In this document: positions 1-12,408 of the stretch, in pieces
Position numbering within the stretch: the first letter of the stretch is position 1
Layout of the letters: every line of letters starts with the position of its first letter
Assembly (NCBI GenBank): GCA_002269645.1
Contig: NIVC01000001.1
Span: 1,302,001-1,366,000 of the forward strand
DNA: 64,000 nucleotides
Reading direction: 5' to 3'
Source: Macrostomum lignano
Taxonomy: Eukaryota
Translations under genes and position numbers: made by a program
Notes under the pieces: generated by a model
What the model saw: only the letters and a program-made list of their open reading frames with translations
Databases searched by the model: none
What the model was told of the DNA's origin: nothing

Positions 1-184
1 AGAGGAGATATGAGAGACGTAAGAGTCTTTGAGCTATGGTCTTTGAAAGGTTTGTAAAGAATTTGGAGACGATTTGGAAGATGGGGTTCAAGACATGGAA
101 TTTCAGTTGATGGATAATTCAGGGAATGGAATTCCGGTGATGGGAGTTCTTCCCCTTTCTCCTCCGAAGGAGGAGTTCCTCTCG
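1..184 (+). mobile_element. Helitron-like unit 0, 3' end only (family A terminus)
   Basis: Same terminal block as 3148-3312 and 5503-5667, including the CTCCTCC-GAA-GGAGGAG hairpin and the CTCG end. Confidence 0.65.
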
Positions 185-3100
185 TCTCTATATATACTAA
201 AGTTGACGCGTTGTTTGTCTGTCTGTCTGTCTGTCATTTCGACAACTCCTCCTTGAATAGTGCCAACTCAGCGTTGAAACTTATATGGGAAGATTGGAAA
301 TTATCCGAGGTCGGCTATAGGCTATTTTAATTCTGAAATTTTAATTTCTAAGATCCTCAAAAAAGCAGAAAACGGCGGTCTTGACCTTTGATAATCTTAA
401 TTGTCCCCTCTTTCTGCTTGGAGCTGAAAATTTGCATGAATTTCAAGTGATTGCGCCACAACTTTTCCCTATCTCTGCAGTGTATTTTCTCTCCAGTGGG
501 GGGATGGGGCGTTCTAAATGGCTGCATGTGTACAATCGGACCCTGGCTCACTGGCTGACTGTATAGACAATTGCGCAAAGATTTGTGTTCTAATTTTCAA
601 TAGGCAGCCCTGTGATTTTGTTGAACCTTGAAATTCAATGCATAAACTTGCGGGCCTCTTTAGCAGGCAGTGAACGTACAATCGATATTTCAATGCTTTA
701 AATCAGAAAGTTTCAAACGCAAACTGTTGCTCGAGTTTTTAACTTTGAGAGAAAAAATTTATATTGCTGGAAAGAACTTGCAAAGCTGATTTCAGGGATA
801 TAAATTGTTTGCTTTAAATATGAAAACTAAAAGCTCTGCATTGCAAAAACTATTTCCATACTTTAAACTTTCTGCAAAGATTGTACTCATTTTAGGATTT
901 CAATGGCGTTCGACCGACCCCCCAACAGTTAGGAGGTCGGTCGGTGTGTATTTGAGGGTTGATTTAGATTGCGCAATCTGTTTGTTAACTTTAACTGAGA
1001 CTGATACTGACTAACACAGAAATATATTGCACAATCAATTGATTCAATTGGTTCATTTTTTATTATCGGCCCTGTGTATTAGTTTGGCAGTGAAATTCAA
1101 TGAATAAACTTGCGAGCTTCTCTAGCAAGTAGTCGGGAAATTGGTAAATTCAAACGCTAACTGTTCCTCGAGTTTTAAACTTTGAGAGGAGAAACTTATA
1201 TTGCTGGAAAGATCTTGCAACGCTGAGTTCGAGGATATAAGTTGTTTGCTTTAAATATAAAAAGAAAAAGCACAGCATTGAAAAAACTATTTCCATGCTT
1301 TTAACTTTCTGCAAAAATTGTGCTCAGTTTTGCGAGACGTAATAGATAAAGTTGGGGGGAGGGTTCAACTTCTCACTGCTGCTGTGTATTGGAGGGTTGA
1401 TTTAGATTGCGCAATGTTTTTGTTAACTTTAACTGAGACTGATACTGACTGACTGTGAAATCGGTTGCACCATCAATTTGTTTTATTATCTGTGCCTTTC
1501 AATACGCTGCCCTGTGTAATAGCCGGCCTGTGTAGTGAATGAATCAACTTGCGAGCCTCTTTGGCAGGCAGTGAACGTACACTCGATATTTTAATGCTTT
1601 AAAACGGAAACTTTCAAACGCTAACTGCTCTTCGAGTTCTAAACTTTAAGAGAAGAGACTTATACTGCTGAAAAGATCTTGCAACGCTGAGTTCGAGGAT
1701 ATAAATTGTTAGCTTTCAATATAAAGACTAAAAGAGCAGCATCAAAAAAACTATTTCCATACTTTTAGCTTTCTGCAAAGATTGTACTCATTTTTTGGTT
1801 CAATGCCCCCAACAGATGGGGGTTCAATTTCTAACTGCCACAGCGTATTGAAAAGGGGTCGGTCTCTGTGTACTGGAGGGTTGATTTAAATTGCGCAATC
1901 TTTTGGTTAAATTTAACTGAGACTGATACTGACTGTGAAATCGGTTGCGCAATGAATTGATTCAATTAGTTCAATATTTTTATCTGTGCCTTTTAACACG
2001 AAGCTGTGCGTAGTTCTAACCCTAACCCTAACCCTAACCCTAACCCTAATGAATCTGGCGAGTTAAGTTGTTTGACGGAAAAAATTCGATTAAGTCAAGT
2101 TTAACGGAGACGATTTCAATGTTTAAATTCTGACGGAGAAGATTTCTGTTTCGTGGAGAGGATTTCGATGATGTTCAGTTTCACGAAAGGATTTCCATGG
2201 TGTTCAGTTTCACGGAGAGGATTTCGATCATGTTCAGCTTCACGGAGAGGCTTTCTGTTTCGCGGAGATAATTTATGATTGATTTCTGTTTTATGGAAAC
2301 AATTTTGATGGATTTAAGTTTCAAGGAGAGGATTTCGAAGGAGTCCAGTTTCACTGAGAGGATTTCGATGGTTTTTAGTTGCACAGACAGGATTTTTGCT
2401 TCGCGGAGAGGATCTTGATGGATTTGGCATCTTCAATCAGTCAGAGAAGAGAGTAAAGAGAAGACTGAAAAGAGAAGAGAGAAGAGATGATAGAAAACAG
2501 AGTATAATTGAGTGGAGAGATTAGACATGACAGATTGGAGATGATAGGAGAGAGAATAGATGAGGGATAAGAGCGTACAGAGGCAATATAAGAGAGGGGA
2601 GAGTAGAGGAGAAAGAAAGAGTGAGATGAGGAGATGAGGGATGAGAGAGCAGGGGAGAGAGGAGACAGGAGAGAGTACAGACGAAAGACTAAGGAGAAGA
2701 TATAAATAAGGTAGTAAAGATGAGAGGAGAGAGAGGAGAGAGAAGCGAAAGGAGAAGAGAGTGAGGAGAGAGGAGAGAGATGAAAGGAGCAAGGAAAGGA
2801 GAAAAGAGAGAATGGAGAGAATAGAAAAGAGAGAAGAGAAGAGACAGGGGATAGTGAAAAGGAGGAAGAAAGATGGGAGACAAGAAAGTAGTGTCAGAGC
2901 GTATATGAAATATGAGAAATGAGAGCAGAGAGAAGAGAAAAGAGAAGAGAGAGAGAGGGTTAAGAGAGACGATAGATAAGTGAGTAGAGATGACATATGA
3001 GAGAGGAGAGAAGAGGGAGAGATAAGAGTGAAGAGAGGAGACAGAAGACAGGAGAAGGTACAGACGAAAGACGAGGGAGAAGAGATAAATAAGGGAGCAG

Positions 3101-3312
3101 GGGTAGAGATGAGATGAGAGAGAGGAGAGAGGAGATATGAGAGACTTGAGAGTCTTTGAGCTATGGTCTTTGAAAGATTTTGTAAAGAATTTGGAGACGA
3201 TTTGGAAGATAGGGTTAAAGACATGGAATTTCAGTTGATGGATATTTCAGGGAATAGAATTCCGGTGATGGGAGTTCTTCCCCTTTCTCCTCCGAAGGAG
3301 GAGTTCCACTCG
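185..3312 (+). mobile_element. Helitron-like unit 1 (family A, about 3.1 kb)
   Basis: 5' end TCTCTATATATACTAAAGTTGACG plus (TCTG)n; three diverged ~440-460 bp subrepeats; (CTAACC)n; ~30-bp degenerate repeat; AG-rich tract; 3' hairpin plus CTCG. Confidence 0.7.
2016..2048 (-). repeat. Interstitial telomere-like (TTAGGG)n, about 5.5 units
   Basis: CTAACCCTAACC... on the + strand, embedded in Helitron unit 1. Confidence 0.85.
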
Positions 3313-3333
3313 TATATACTAAAGTTGACGTGT

Positions 3334-3365
<32 letters not shown>

Positions 3366-5667
3366 ATTTCGACAACTCCTCCTTGAATAGTGGCAACTCA
3401 GCGTTGAAACTTATATGGGAAGATTGGAAATTATCCGAGGTCGGCTATAGGCTATTTTAATTCTGAAATTTTAATTTCTAAGATCCTCAAAAAAGCAGAA
3501 AACGGCGGTCTTGACCTTTAATAATCTTAATTGTCCCCTCTTTCTGCTTGGAGCTGAAAAATGCATGAATTTTTAGTGATTGCGCCACAACTTTTCCCTA
3601 TCTCTGTAGTGTATTTTCTTTCCAGTGGGGGGTGGGAGCGTTCTCAGTGGCTGCGTGTGTACACTTGGACCCTGGCTCACTGGCTGACTTTATAGATAAT
3701 TGCGCAATGATATGGCTACTGATAAGTTTTCCTGCCTTTCAATGGGCAGTCCTGTGTATTTGTTGGACATTGAAATTCAATGCATCAACTTGCAAGCAGG
3801 CAGTGAACGTACACTCGATACTTCAATGCTATAAATCAGACAGTTTCAAACGCTAACTGTTCCTCGAGTTTTAAACTTTGAGAGGAGAAACTTATATTGC
3901 TGGCAAGATCTTGCAACGCTGAGTTCGGGGATATAAGTTGTTTGCTTTAAATATGAAAAGAAAAAGCACAGCATTTGAAAAACTATTTCCATACTTTTAA
4001 CTTTCTGCAAAGATTGTACTTTAATCTGCAAAGATTGTTGGGGGGAGGGTTCAACTTCTCACTGCTGCTGTGTATTGGAGGGTTGATTTAGATTGCGCAA
4101 TGTTTTTGTTAACTTTACCTGAGGCTGATACTGACTGACTGTGAAATCGGTTGCGCAATGAATTGATTCAATTAGTTCAATATTTTTATCTGTGCCTTTT
4201 AACACGAAGCTGTGCGTAGTTCTAACCCTAACCCTAACCCTAACCAATGAATCCGGAGAGTTGAGTTGTTTGACGGAAAAAATTCGATTGAGTACAGTTT
4301 AGCGGAGACGATTTCAATGTTTTAATTTTGACGGAGAGGATTTCTGTTTCGCGGAGAGGATCTTGATGGATTTGGCATCTTCAATCAGTCAGAGAAGAGA
4401 GTAAAGAGAAGAATGAAAAGAGAAGAGAGATGAGATGATAGAAAACAGAGTAGAAATGAGTGGAGAGATTAGACATGACAGATGGGAGAGAAGAGGAAAG
4501 TAAGGCGGGAACGAAGGAGAGAGAAGAGAAGAGGAGAGAGGAGATGAAGGGAGAGGATATGAGAGAGGAGATATGAGATTGCAGAGAGGAGACAGGATGG
4601 AGAAGAAAGGAGGGACAAGAGCGTACAGAGGCAATAGAAGAGAGGAAAGAGAGGAGAGAGGTGAGAGGTGAGAGGAGAGAGATGAAAGATCAGAGATCAG
4701 AGATTTAAGAGAAGAAAGTAGTGAGGAGAAAGAAGAGGGTAAAGATGAGAGTGCAGAGAGGAGAGAAACGAGAGGAGACAGGTGGTAGAAAGGAGTGTAA
4801 AAACAGCAGATAAGAAAGGGGAGGGTGAGAGTGAGAGCATATAGGAAAGTGTAAAAGGGGAGCAGAGGAGAGAGAATATATAAGTGAGTAGAGAAGAGAT
4901 ATGAGAGAGGAAAGACGAGGGGAGAGAGGAGACAGGAGAGAGTAAATTTGAAAGACCTGGGAGAAGAGATAAAAAAGATAGTACAGATGAGAGGAGAGAG
5001 AGAGAGGAGAGATGAGAGATGCAATGAGAAAAGAGATGAGTGAGAAAATAAGAGAGAGAAGAGATTAGAGATTAGAGAAGAGATGAGGGGAGATGAGAGT
5101 AGAGAAGAGAGAATGGAGAGGAGAGAAAAGAGAAGAGAGGAGACAGGTGATGCAGTAGAAAGGAGGGAAGAAAGATGGGAGATAAGAAAGGAGAGGGTGA
5201 GAGCGTATAAGAGATACGAGAAATGAGAGCAGAGAGAAGAGAGAAAAAAGAAGAGAGAAAGTAGAGCGGAGACGATAGATAAGTGATTAGAAATTAGATA
5301 TGAGAGAGGAGAGAAAAGGGGAGAGATAAGATAGAAGATAGGAGAGTAGACAAGATAGGGTACAGACGAAAGACGAGGGAGAAGAGATAAATAAGGGAGT
5401 AGAGATAAATAAGAGAGTAGGGGTAGAGATGAGATGAGAGAGAGGAGAGAGAAGCGAGTCACGATAATAGCGAAGAGAGGAGAGAGTAGATATGAGAGAC
5501 GTAAGAGTCTTTGAGCTATGGTCTTTGAAAGATTTTGTAAAGAATTTGGAGACGATTTGGAAGATAGGGTTAAAGACATGGAATTTCAGTTGATGGATAT
5601 TTCAGGGAATAGAATTCCGGTGATGGGAGTTCTTCCCCTTTCTCCTCCGAAGGAGGAGTTCCACTCG
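3313..5667 (+). mobile_element. Helitron-like unit 2 (family A, about 2.35 kb)
   Basis: Same head and tail as unit 1, with one subrepeat copy, (CTAACC)4 and a long AG-rich tract. Confidence 0.7.
4222..4245 (-). repeat. Interstitial telomere-like (TTAGGG)4
   Basis: Homologous position in Helitron unit 2. Confidence 0.8.
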
Positions 5668-8302
5668 TCTTATATCTAAAGCTGAGTGGATCGATCGACC
5701 GGCCGGGTTTAACGCGTATCTCCTCCTAAACGGCTGGCAACTCAAATGCGGGACTTATATATATCAATGCAGAATTTTCCTACGCAACAAATAGGCTATT
5801 TTAATGTTGAAATTTTCAAAATTAAGTCTGTTAAAAAAGCAGAAAACTGTTTTCTTAACCTTCTTTGGCCACATTGCCTCTCCAGTGGAGGGGTAGTGGC
5901 ATAATTGTAAAAACAACTACCCCAACCTCCTCCCGCGGGTCGCTGTGTTTTGGAGGGGTGGGTGACGCGTGTTCTGGGTTCAATGCTAATAAAACCCCCG
6001 CGTGTTGGGGGTGCCGTAAAATTTAATGATTCCCCGGAATAGGGGGGGGGTTGGTTTGGGCTGAGTGTACATAGCAATGTACTGTGTAAACAGATAGAAA
6101 AGGACTGTGTCGAGATTCAATTGGTTTTATTATCGGCGTCTTTCAAAAGGCTGTGTATTAGCTGGGCAGCTAAATTCAATGAATAAACTTGCGAGCGGGA
6201 AGTTCAAACGCAAACTGTTCCTTGAGTTTTAAGCTTTGAGAGGAGAGAATTTGTATTGCTGGAAAGATCTTGCAACGCTGAGTTTGGGGATATAAGTTAT
6301 TTGTTTTAAATATGAAAACAAAAAGCACAGCATTGAAAAAACGATTTCCATACTTTTAAACTTTCTGCCAAGATTGTAGTTGGGGGGGAAGGTTGCGTAC
6401 ACAAATTCAAGCCAGCTATCATTTGAGTAATTTTAGTAATGGAGGAGGCGGGTGATAAATTTCAATTGTTTTGATTATCGGCGCTTTCAGTCCGTCAGAT
6501 AAGAGAGTAGAGAGAAGAGAGTAGAGAGAAGAGAGTTTTCAAGGAGAAGAGAGGATAGAAAGATGATAGAAAAGACAGTAGATATGAGAGCTGAGAGATT
6601 AAAGACGAGTCGACGACAGAGGGGAGAGAAGAGTGGAGTAAGGCAAGAATGATGAAGAGGGAAAGTGAAGAGAAGAGAATGTGGAGGGAAGATAGGGGGG
6701 GGGAAGGAAAAATGAGAGATCAAAGGAGGGAGGAAAGATGGGGAGGAGAGAGGAGGGATAAGAGAGTACAGAGGAGATAGAAGAGAGAGGAGAGATGAGA
6801 CAGGAGACGGTAGAGAGGAGAGGGGAAAGATGAGAGATGAAAAAGGAGAGGGTAAGAGAGAAAATAGGAGTATGAGAAATGAGAGCAGAGAGAAGAGACG
6901 AGAGAGAAAAGAGAAGAGAGAGAGGGCAGGGTAGAGGAGAGACGATAGATAAGCAAGTAGAGATGAGAGATGGAAGAGAAGAGGAGAGATAAGAGAGAAT
7001 TGAGAGAAGACAGGAGAGAAGACGGGAGAGAGAGAAGCGAGAAGAGAAGAGAGAGAGGACTCAGGAGAGAGATGAGAAAAGAAATGAGAGAGCAAAGGGG
7101 AAAGATGAGAGAATAGAGATAAGAAAAAAGAGATAAGAGCGCAGAGAGGAGAGATGAGAGATGGGAGGTGATTGATAAGAAAGTAAGAGTAGAGATGAGA
7201 GAGGAGATGAGAGCAGAGAGAAGAGATTAGATAAAGGAGCAAAGAGGAGAGAGGAGACAGGAGAGAGTCTCAGTCTGGACCTTGCAGTCAATTTTTGCAA
7301 ACAGGGAAAACATGCTATGATATTTCAGAGGTTTTATGGAGGATTTTTTAATTTTTTTGACGTATACCCAGACAAGTAAAAAGCATATTTTATAGACTTC
7401 AGTTTCATAGTCTTGAGTGACTGAAATTTGATAGAGATAATATTTTTTTAATTGATGGATTGTAGCTTGAAGGAGATGATACACGCTGGATTGCAGTTTA
7501 ACGGAGATGATTTTGATGATATCTGTTTCATAGAGAGGATGAAATGGCTAAATGAAAGGGAAAAAAAAAAAGAGAAAAGGAAAGAGTGGATAAAATATTA
7601 GATGAAAGAGAACATGAAAAGAGAGAATCAAAAGGGACAGATTAGAGAAAAGAAAAAGAGAATAAAGGCGAGAGAAGAAATGAGGGAATTGAGAGGAGAG
7701 AGGAGAGGGGGTAAGAGAGGAGAAAGAGGAGACAGGAGGGAGTAGAGCCAAAAGACGAGAGAGAAGAGATAAAAGAGTAAAGATGAGGGGAGAGAGAGGA
7801 GAGAGAAGCGAGAGGATAAGGGAGAGAGGAGAGGGGAGAAAGTAGAAAGATGAGAGAGCAGAGAGGAGATAAAGGAGAGGAGAGTGAAGAGATAAAAGAG
7901 AAGAGAGGAAAAAGTAGAGGAGAAAGTAGTGAGGAGAAAGAAGAGAGTAGATATGAGAGTGCAGAAAGGAGAGATAAGAGAGTAGAGATGAGAGATAAGA
8001 GATGAGATGAGAAATGATTGATAAACGAGCAGATAAGAGCAGAGAGGAGATAGGAGAGATTAGAGATGAGAGAGCAAAGAGGAGAGAGGGACAGACGAGA
8101 GTCTCAATCTGGACAATGGCAGGCAGTCAATTTTTGCAAACAGGTATAAAACAACATGATTTTTGGGGGTTTAATAGAGGATTTGGAGAGGATTTGGACG
8201 ATGGGATTCGTGTCATTGGATTCAGCTGATGGATTTCAGGGAATGAAATTCTGGCGATGGGAGTTCTATCCCCTTACTCCGCCAACGGAGGAGTTGGCCT
8301 CG
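5668..8302 (+). mobile_element. Helitron-like unit 3 (family B, about 2.6 kb)
   Basis: Head TCTTATATCTAAAGCTGAGTGGATCGATCGACCGGCCGGG; tail CTCCG-CCAA-CGGAG hairpin followed by GGCCTCG. Confidence 0.7.
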
Positions 8303-10987
8303 TTATATCTAAAGCTGAGTGGATCGATCGACCGGCCGGGTTTAACGCGTATCTCCTCCTAGACGGCTGGCAACTCAAATGCGGGACTTATATATATCAA
8401 TGCAGAATTTTCCTACGCAACAAATAGGCTATTTTAATGTTGAAATTTTCAAAATTAAGTCTGTTAAAAAAGCAGAAAACTGTTTTCTTAACCTTCTTTG
8501 GCCACATTGCCTCTCCAGTGGAGGGGTAGTGGCATAATTGTAAAAACAACCAACCCAACCTCCTCCCGCGGGTCGCTGTGTTTTGGAGGGGTGGGTGACG
8601 CCGCGTGTTCTGGGTTCAATGCTAATAAAACCCCCGCGTGTTGGGGGTGCAGTAAAATTTAATGATTCCCCCGGAATAGGGGGGTTGGTTTGGGCTGAGT
8701 GTACATAGCAATGTACTGTGTAAACAGATAGATAAGGACTGTGTCGAGATTCAATTGGTTTTATTATCGGCGTCTTTCAAAAGGCAGTCCTGTGTATTAG
8801 CTGAGCAGTGAAATTCAATGAATAAACTTGCGAGCCTCTTACTGTAGCAGGCAGTGAATGTACACTCGATACTTCAATGCTTTAAATCAGGAAGTTCAAA
8901 CGCTAACTGTTTCTTGAGTTTTAAGCTTTGAGAGGAGAGAATTATATTGCTGGAAAGATCTTGCAACGCTGAGTTTGGGGATATAAGGTATTTGCTTTAA
9001 ATATGAAAACAAAAAGCACAGCATTGAAAAAACGATTTCCATACTTTTAAACTTTCTGCCAAGATTGTAGTTGGGGGGAGGTTGCGTACACAAATTCAAG
9101 CCAGCTATCATTTGTGTAATTTCCGTAATTAAGGAGGCGGGTGACAAATTTCAATTGGTTTGATTATCGGCGCTTTCAGTCCGTCAGATAAGACAAGAGA
9201 GTAGAGAGAAGAGAGATTTCAAGAAAAGAGGATAGAAAGATGATGGAAAAGACAGTAGATATGAGAGCTGAGAGATTAAAGACGAGTCGACGACAGAGGG
9301 GAGAGAAGAGGGGAGTGAGGCGGGAATGATGAAGAGGGAGAGCGAAGAGAAGAGAATGTAGAGGGAAGAAAGGAGGGGAGAGAGGGAAAATGAGAGAGCA
9401 AAGGAGGGAGGAAAGATGGGAGGAGAGAGGGATAAGAGAGTACAGAGGAGAGAGAAGAGAGATGAGACATGAGACGGTAGAGAGGAGAGGGGAAAGATGA
9501 GAGATGAAAAAGGAGAGGGTAAGAGAGAAAATAGGAGTATGAGAAATGAGAGCAGAGAGGAGAGACGAGAGATAAGAGAAGAGAGAGAGAGGGCAGGGTA
9601 GAGGAGAGGCGATAGATAAGCGAGTAGAGATGGGAGATGGGAGAGAAGAGGAGAGATAAGAGAGAATTGAGAGAAGACAGGAGAGAAGAGATAAGAGAGA
9701 AGACGGGAGAGAGAGAGAGAGAAGCGAGAAGAGAAGGGAGAGAGGACTCAGGAGAGAGATGAGAAAAGAAATGAGAGAGCAAAGGCGAAAGATGAGAGAA
9801 TAGAGATGAGAAAAGATGAGATAAGAGCGCAGAGAGGAGAGATGGGAGGTGATTGATAAGAAAATAAGAGTAGAGATGAGAGAGGAGATGAGAGCAGAGA
9901 GAAGAGATTAGATAAAGGAGCAAAGAGGAGAGAGAAGACAGGAGAGAGTCTCAGTCTGGACGATGGCAGTCAGTTTTTGCAAATAGGGAAAACATGCTAT
10001 GATATTTCAGAGGTTTTATGGAGCATTTTTTAATTTTTTGACGTATACCCAGACAAGTAAAAAGCATATTTTTATAGACTTCAGTTTCATAGTCTTGATT
10101 GACTGAAATTTGATAGAGATAATATTTTTTAAATTGATGGATTGTAGCTTGAAGGAGATGATACACGCTTGATTGCAGTTTAATGGAGAGGATTTTGATG
10201 ATATCTGTTTCATAGAGAGGATGAAATGGCTAAATGAAAGGGATTAGAGAAAAGAGAAAAGGAAACAGTAGATAAAAGATTAGATGAAAGAGAACATGAA
10301 AAGAGAGAATCAAAAGGGACAGATTAGAGAAAAGAAAAAAAGAGAATAAAGGCGAGAGAAGAGATGAGGGAATTGAGAGGAGAGAGGAGAGGGGTACGAG
10401 AGGAGAAAGAGGAGACAGGAGGGAGTAGAGCCGAAAGACGAGAGAGAAGAGATAAATGAGTAGAGATGAGGGGAGGGAGAGGAGAGAGAAGCGAGAGGAT
10501 AAGGGAGAGAGGAGAGGGGAGAAAGTAGAGAGATGAGAGAGCAGAGATGAGATAAAGGAGAGGAGAGAGAAGAGATAAAATAGGAGAGAGGAAAAAGTAG
10601 TGAGAAGAAAGAAGAGAGTAGATATGAGAGCGCAGAAAGGAGAGATAAGAGAGTAGAGATGAGAGATGGGAGAGATGAGATGAGAGAGATGAGATGAGAA
10701 ATAATAGATAAACGAGCAGATGAGAGCAGAGAGGAGATAGGAGAGATTAGAGATGAGAGAGCAAAGAAGAGAGAGGGACAGACGACAGTCTCAGTCTGGA
10801 CAATGGCAGGCAGTCAATTTTTGCAAACAGGTAAAACAACATGGTTTTTGGGAGGTTAATAGAGGATTTGGAGAGGATTTGGACGATGGGATTCATGTCA
10901 TTGGATTCAGCTGATGGATTTCAAGGAATGAAATTCTGGCGATGGGAGTTCTATCCCCTTACTCCGCCAACGGAGGAGTTGGCCTCG
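8303..10987 (+). mobile_element. Helitron-like unit 4 (family B, about 2.7 kb)
   Basis: Close copy of unit 3; its end lies about 60 bp upstream of the GIT splice acceptor at 11047-11048. Confidence 0.7.
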
Positions 10988-11048
10988 TGAATTATAAGTT
11001 TCAGAAAATATGGATAACTGATTCGCTATCTCATTAATCGTTTTACAG

Positions 11049-11289
11049 TCCAGTAAAGGCGGACTTTATCAAGCAAAAGTATCAACTCCTGGCCTTCTGC
11101 AAGCGATACAAAAACAATGAATTGTGCTCGCTAGAAGACATGAATATGCAGCTGCACGCCAGCGTGCGGACGCCCAATTTAGAGACATCATTTCGCCTGC
11201 TGTCTCTGGGCGCCAACCCCAATTTTTATCATCCGCATAAGCGCAACACACCGCTGCACGTGGCCACCCAGGAGAGGCAGGGCTTTCAG
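11049..11289 (+). CDS. Git: GIT exon: end of ArfGAP domain plus ankyrin repeats 1-2
   Basis: Acceptor ttttacag at 11048, donor GTGAGA at 11290; encodes PVKADFIKQKYQLLAFCK...TPLHVATQERQGFQ. Confidence 0.93.
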
Positions 11290-12328
11290 GTGAGAGCAGG
11301 TTTCTTTCTTAAATAATAAGGGTAGAGAATGGAGCAGATTGGGTGGAGGATGGAGCAGATTCGATGGAGAATGGAGCAGATTGGGTGGAGAATGGAGCAG
11401 ATTGGGTGAAGAATGGAGCAGATTGGGTGGAGAATGGAGCAGATTCGATGGAGAATGGAGCAGATTGGGTGGAGAATGGAGCAGATTGGATGGAGGATGG
11501 AGCAGATTCGATGGAGAATGGAGCAGATTGGGTGGAGAATGGAGCAGATTGGATGGAGAATGGAGCAGATTGGGTGGAGAATGGAGCAGATTGGATGGAG
11601 AATGGAGCAGATTGGGTGAAGAATGGAGCAGATTCGATGGAGAATGGAGCAGATTGGGTGGAGAATGGAGCAGATTGGATGGAGAATGGAGCAGATTGGG
11701 TGAAGAATGGAGCAGATTCGATGGAGAATGGAGCAGATTGGGTGGAGAATGGAGCAGATTCGATGGAGAATGGAGCAGATTGGGTGGAGAATGGAGCAGA
11801 TTGGATGGAGAATGGAGCAGATTGGGTGGAGAATGGAGCAGATTGGGTGGAGAATGGAGCAGATTGGGTGGAGAATGGAGCAGATTGGGTGGAGAATGGA
11901 GCAGATTGGATGGAGAATGGAGCAGATTGGGTGGAGAATGGAGCAGATTGGGTGGAGAATGTAGCAGATTGGGTGAAGAATGGAGCAGATTGGATGGAGA
12001 ATGGAGCAGATTGGGTGGAGAATGGAGCAGATTTGGAGGAGAATGGAGCAGATTGGGAGGAGAATGGAGCAGATTGGGTGGAGAATGGAGCAGATTTGGA
12101 GGAGAATGGAACAGATTAGGTGGATAATGGAGCTGATTGAGAACTGAGCATGTGAAAAAGGTATAAATATTATGTTAGAATTAGTTGGTAGAATTAGTAT
12201 AGCAATCAGAATTTAGTCTGAGCTCGTATATATCTCATCATCCAGGTGGAGCTGCTGCTGGTGTACGGCGCCAGCCCGACTCTGCCAGACGGTCGAGGTG
12301 CCACTCCGATCAGCATAGCAGAGCGGAT

Positions 12329-12408
<80 letters not shown>

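Larger units (their letters stand above)
1..10987 (+). mobile_element. Head-to-tail tandem array of non-autonomous Helitron-like (rolling-circle) elements, at least 5 units, continuing left of the window
   Basis: Each unit ends in a GC hairpin followed by CTCG(T), at 181-184, 3309-3312, 5664-5667, 8299-8302 and 10984-10987. The next unit starts immediately with a T(C)-TATAT...AAAG head. No transposase or Rep/helicase ORF is present. Confidence 0.75.

Noticed and set aside
2016-2048. Chromosome end / true telomere
   Set aside because: Only 4-6 units, internal to a repeated element, with genes beyond.
2433-9923. Long Leu/Ser-rich minus-strand ORFs (263, 396, 251, 215 aa)
   Set aside because: Translation artefacts of polypyrimidine strands, which cannot easily contain stops; no domain or codon signal.
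11339-12127. 262-aa EWSRLGG / ENGADWV repeat ORFs resembling pentapeptide or antifreeze proteins
   Set aside because: A 21-bp minisatellite lying inside a GT-AG intron between two GIT exons that join in frame.
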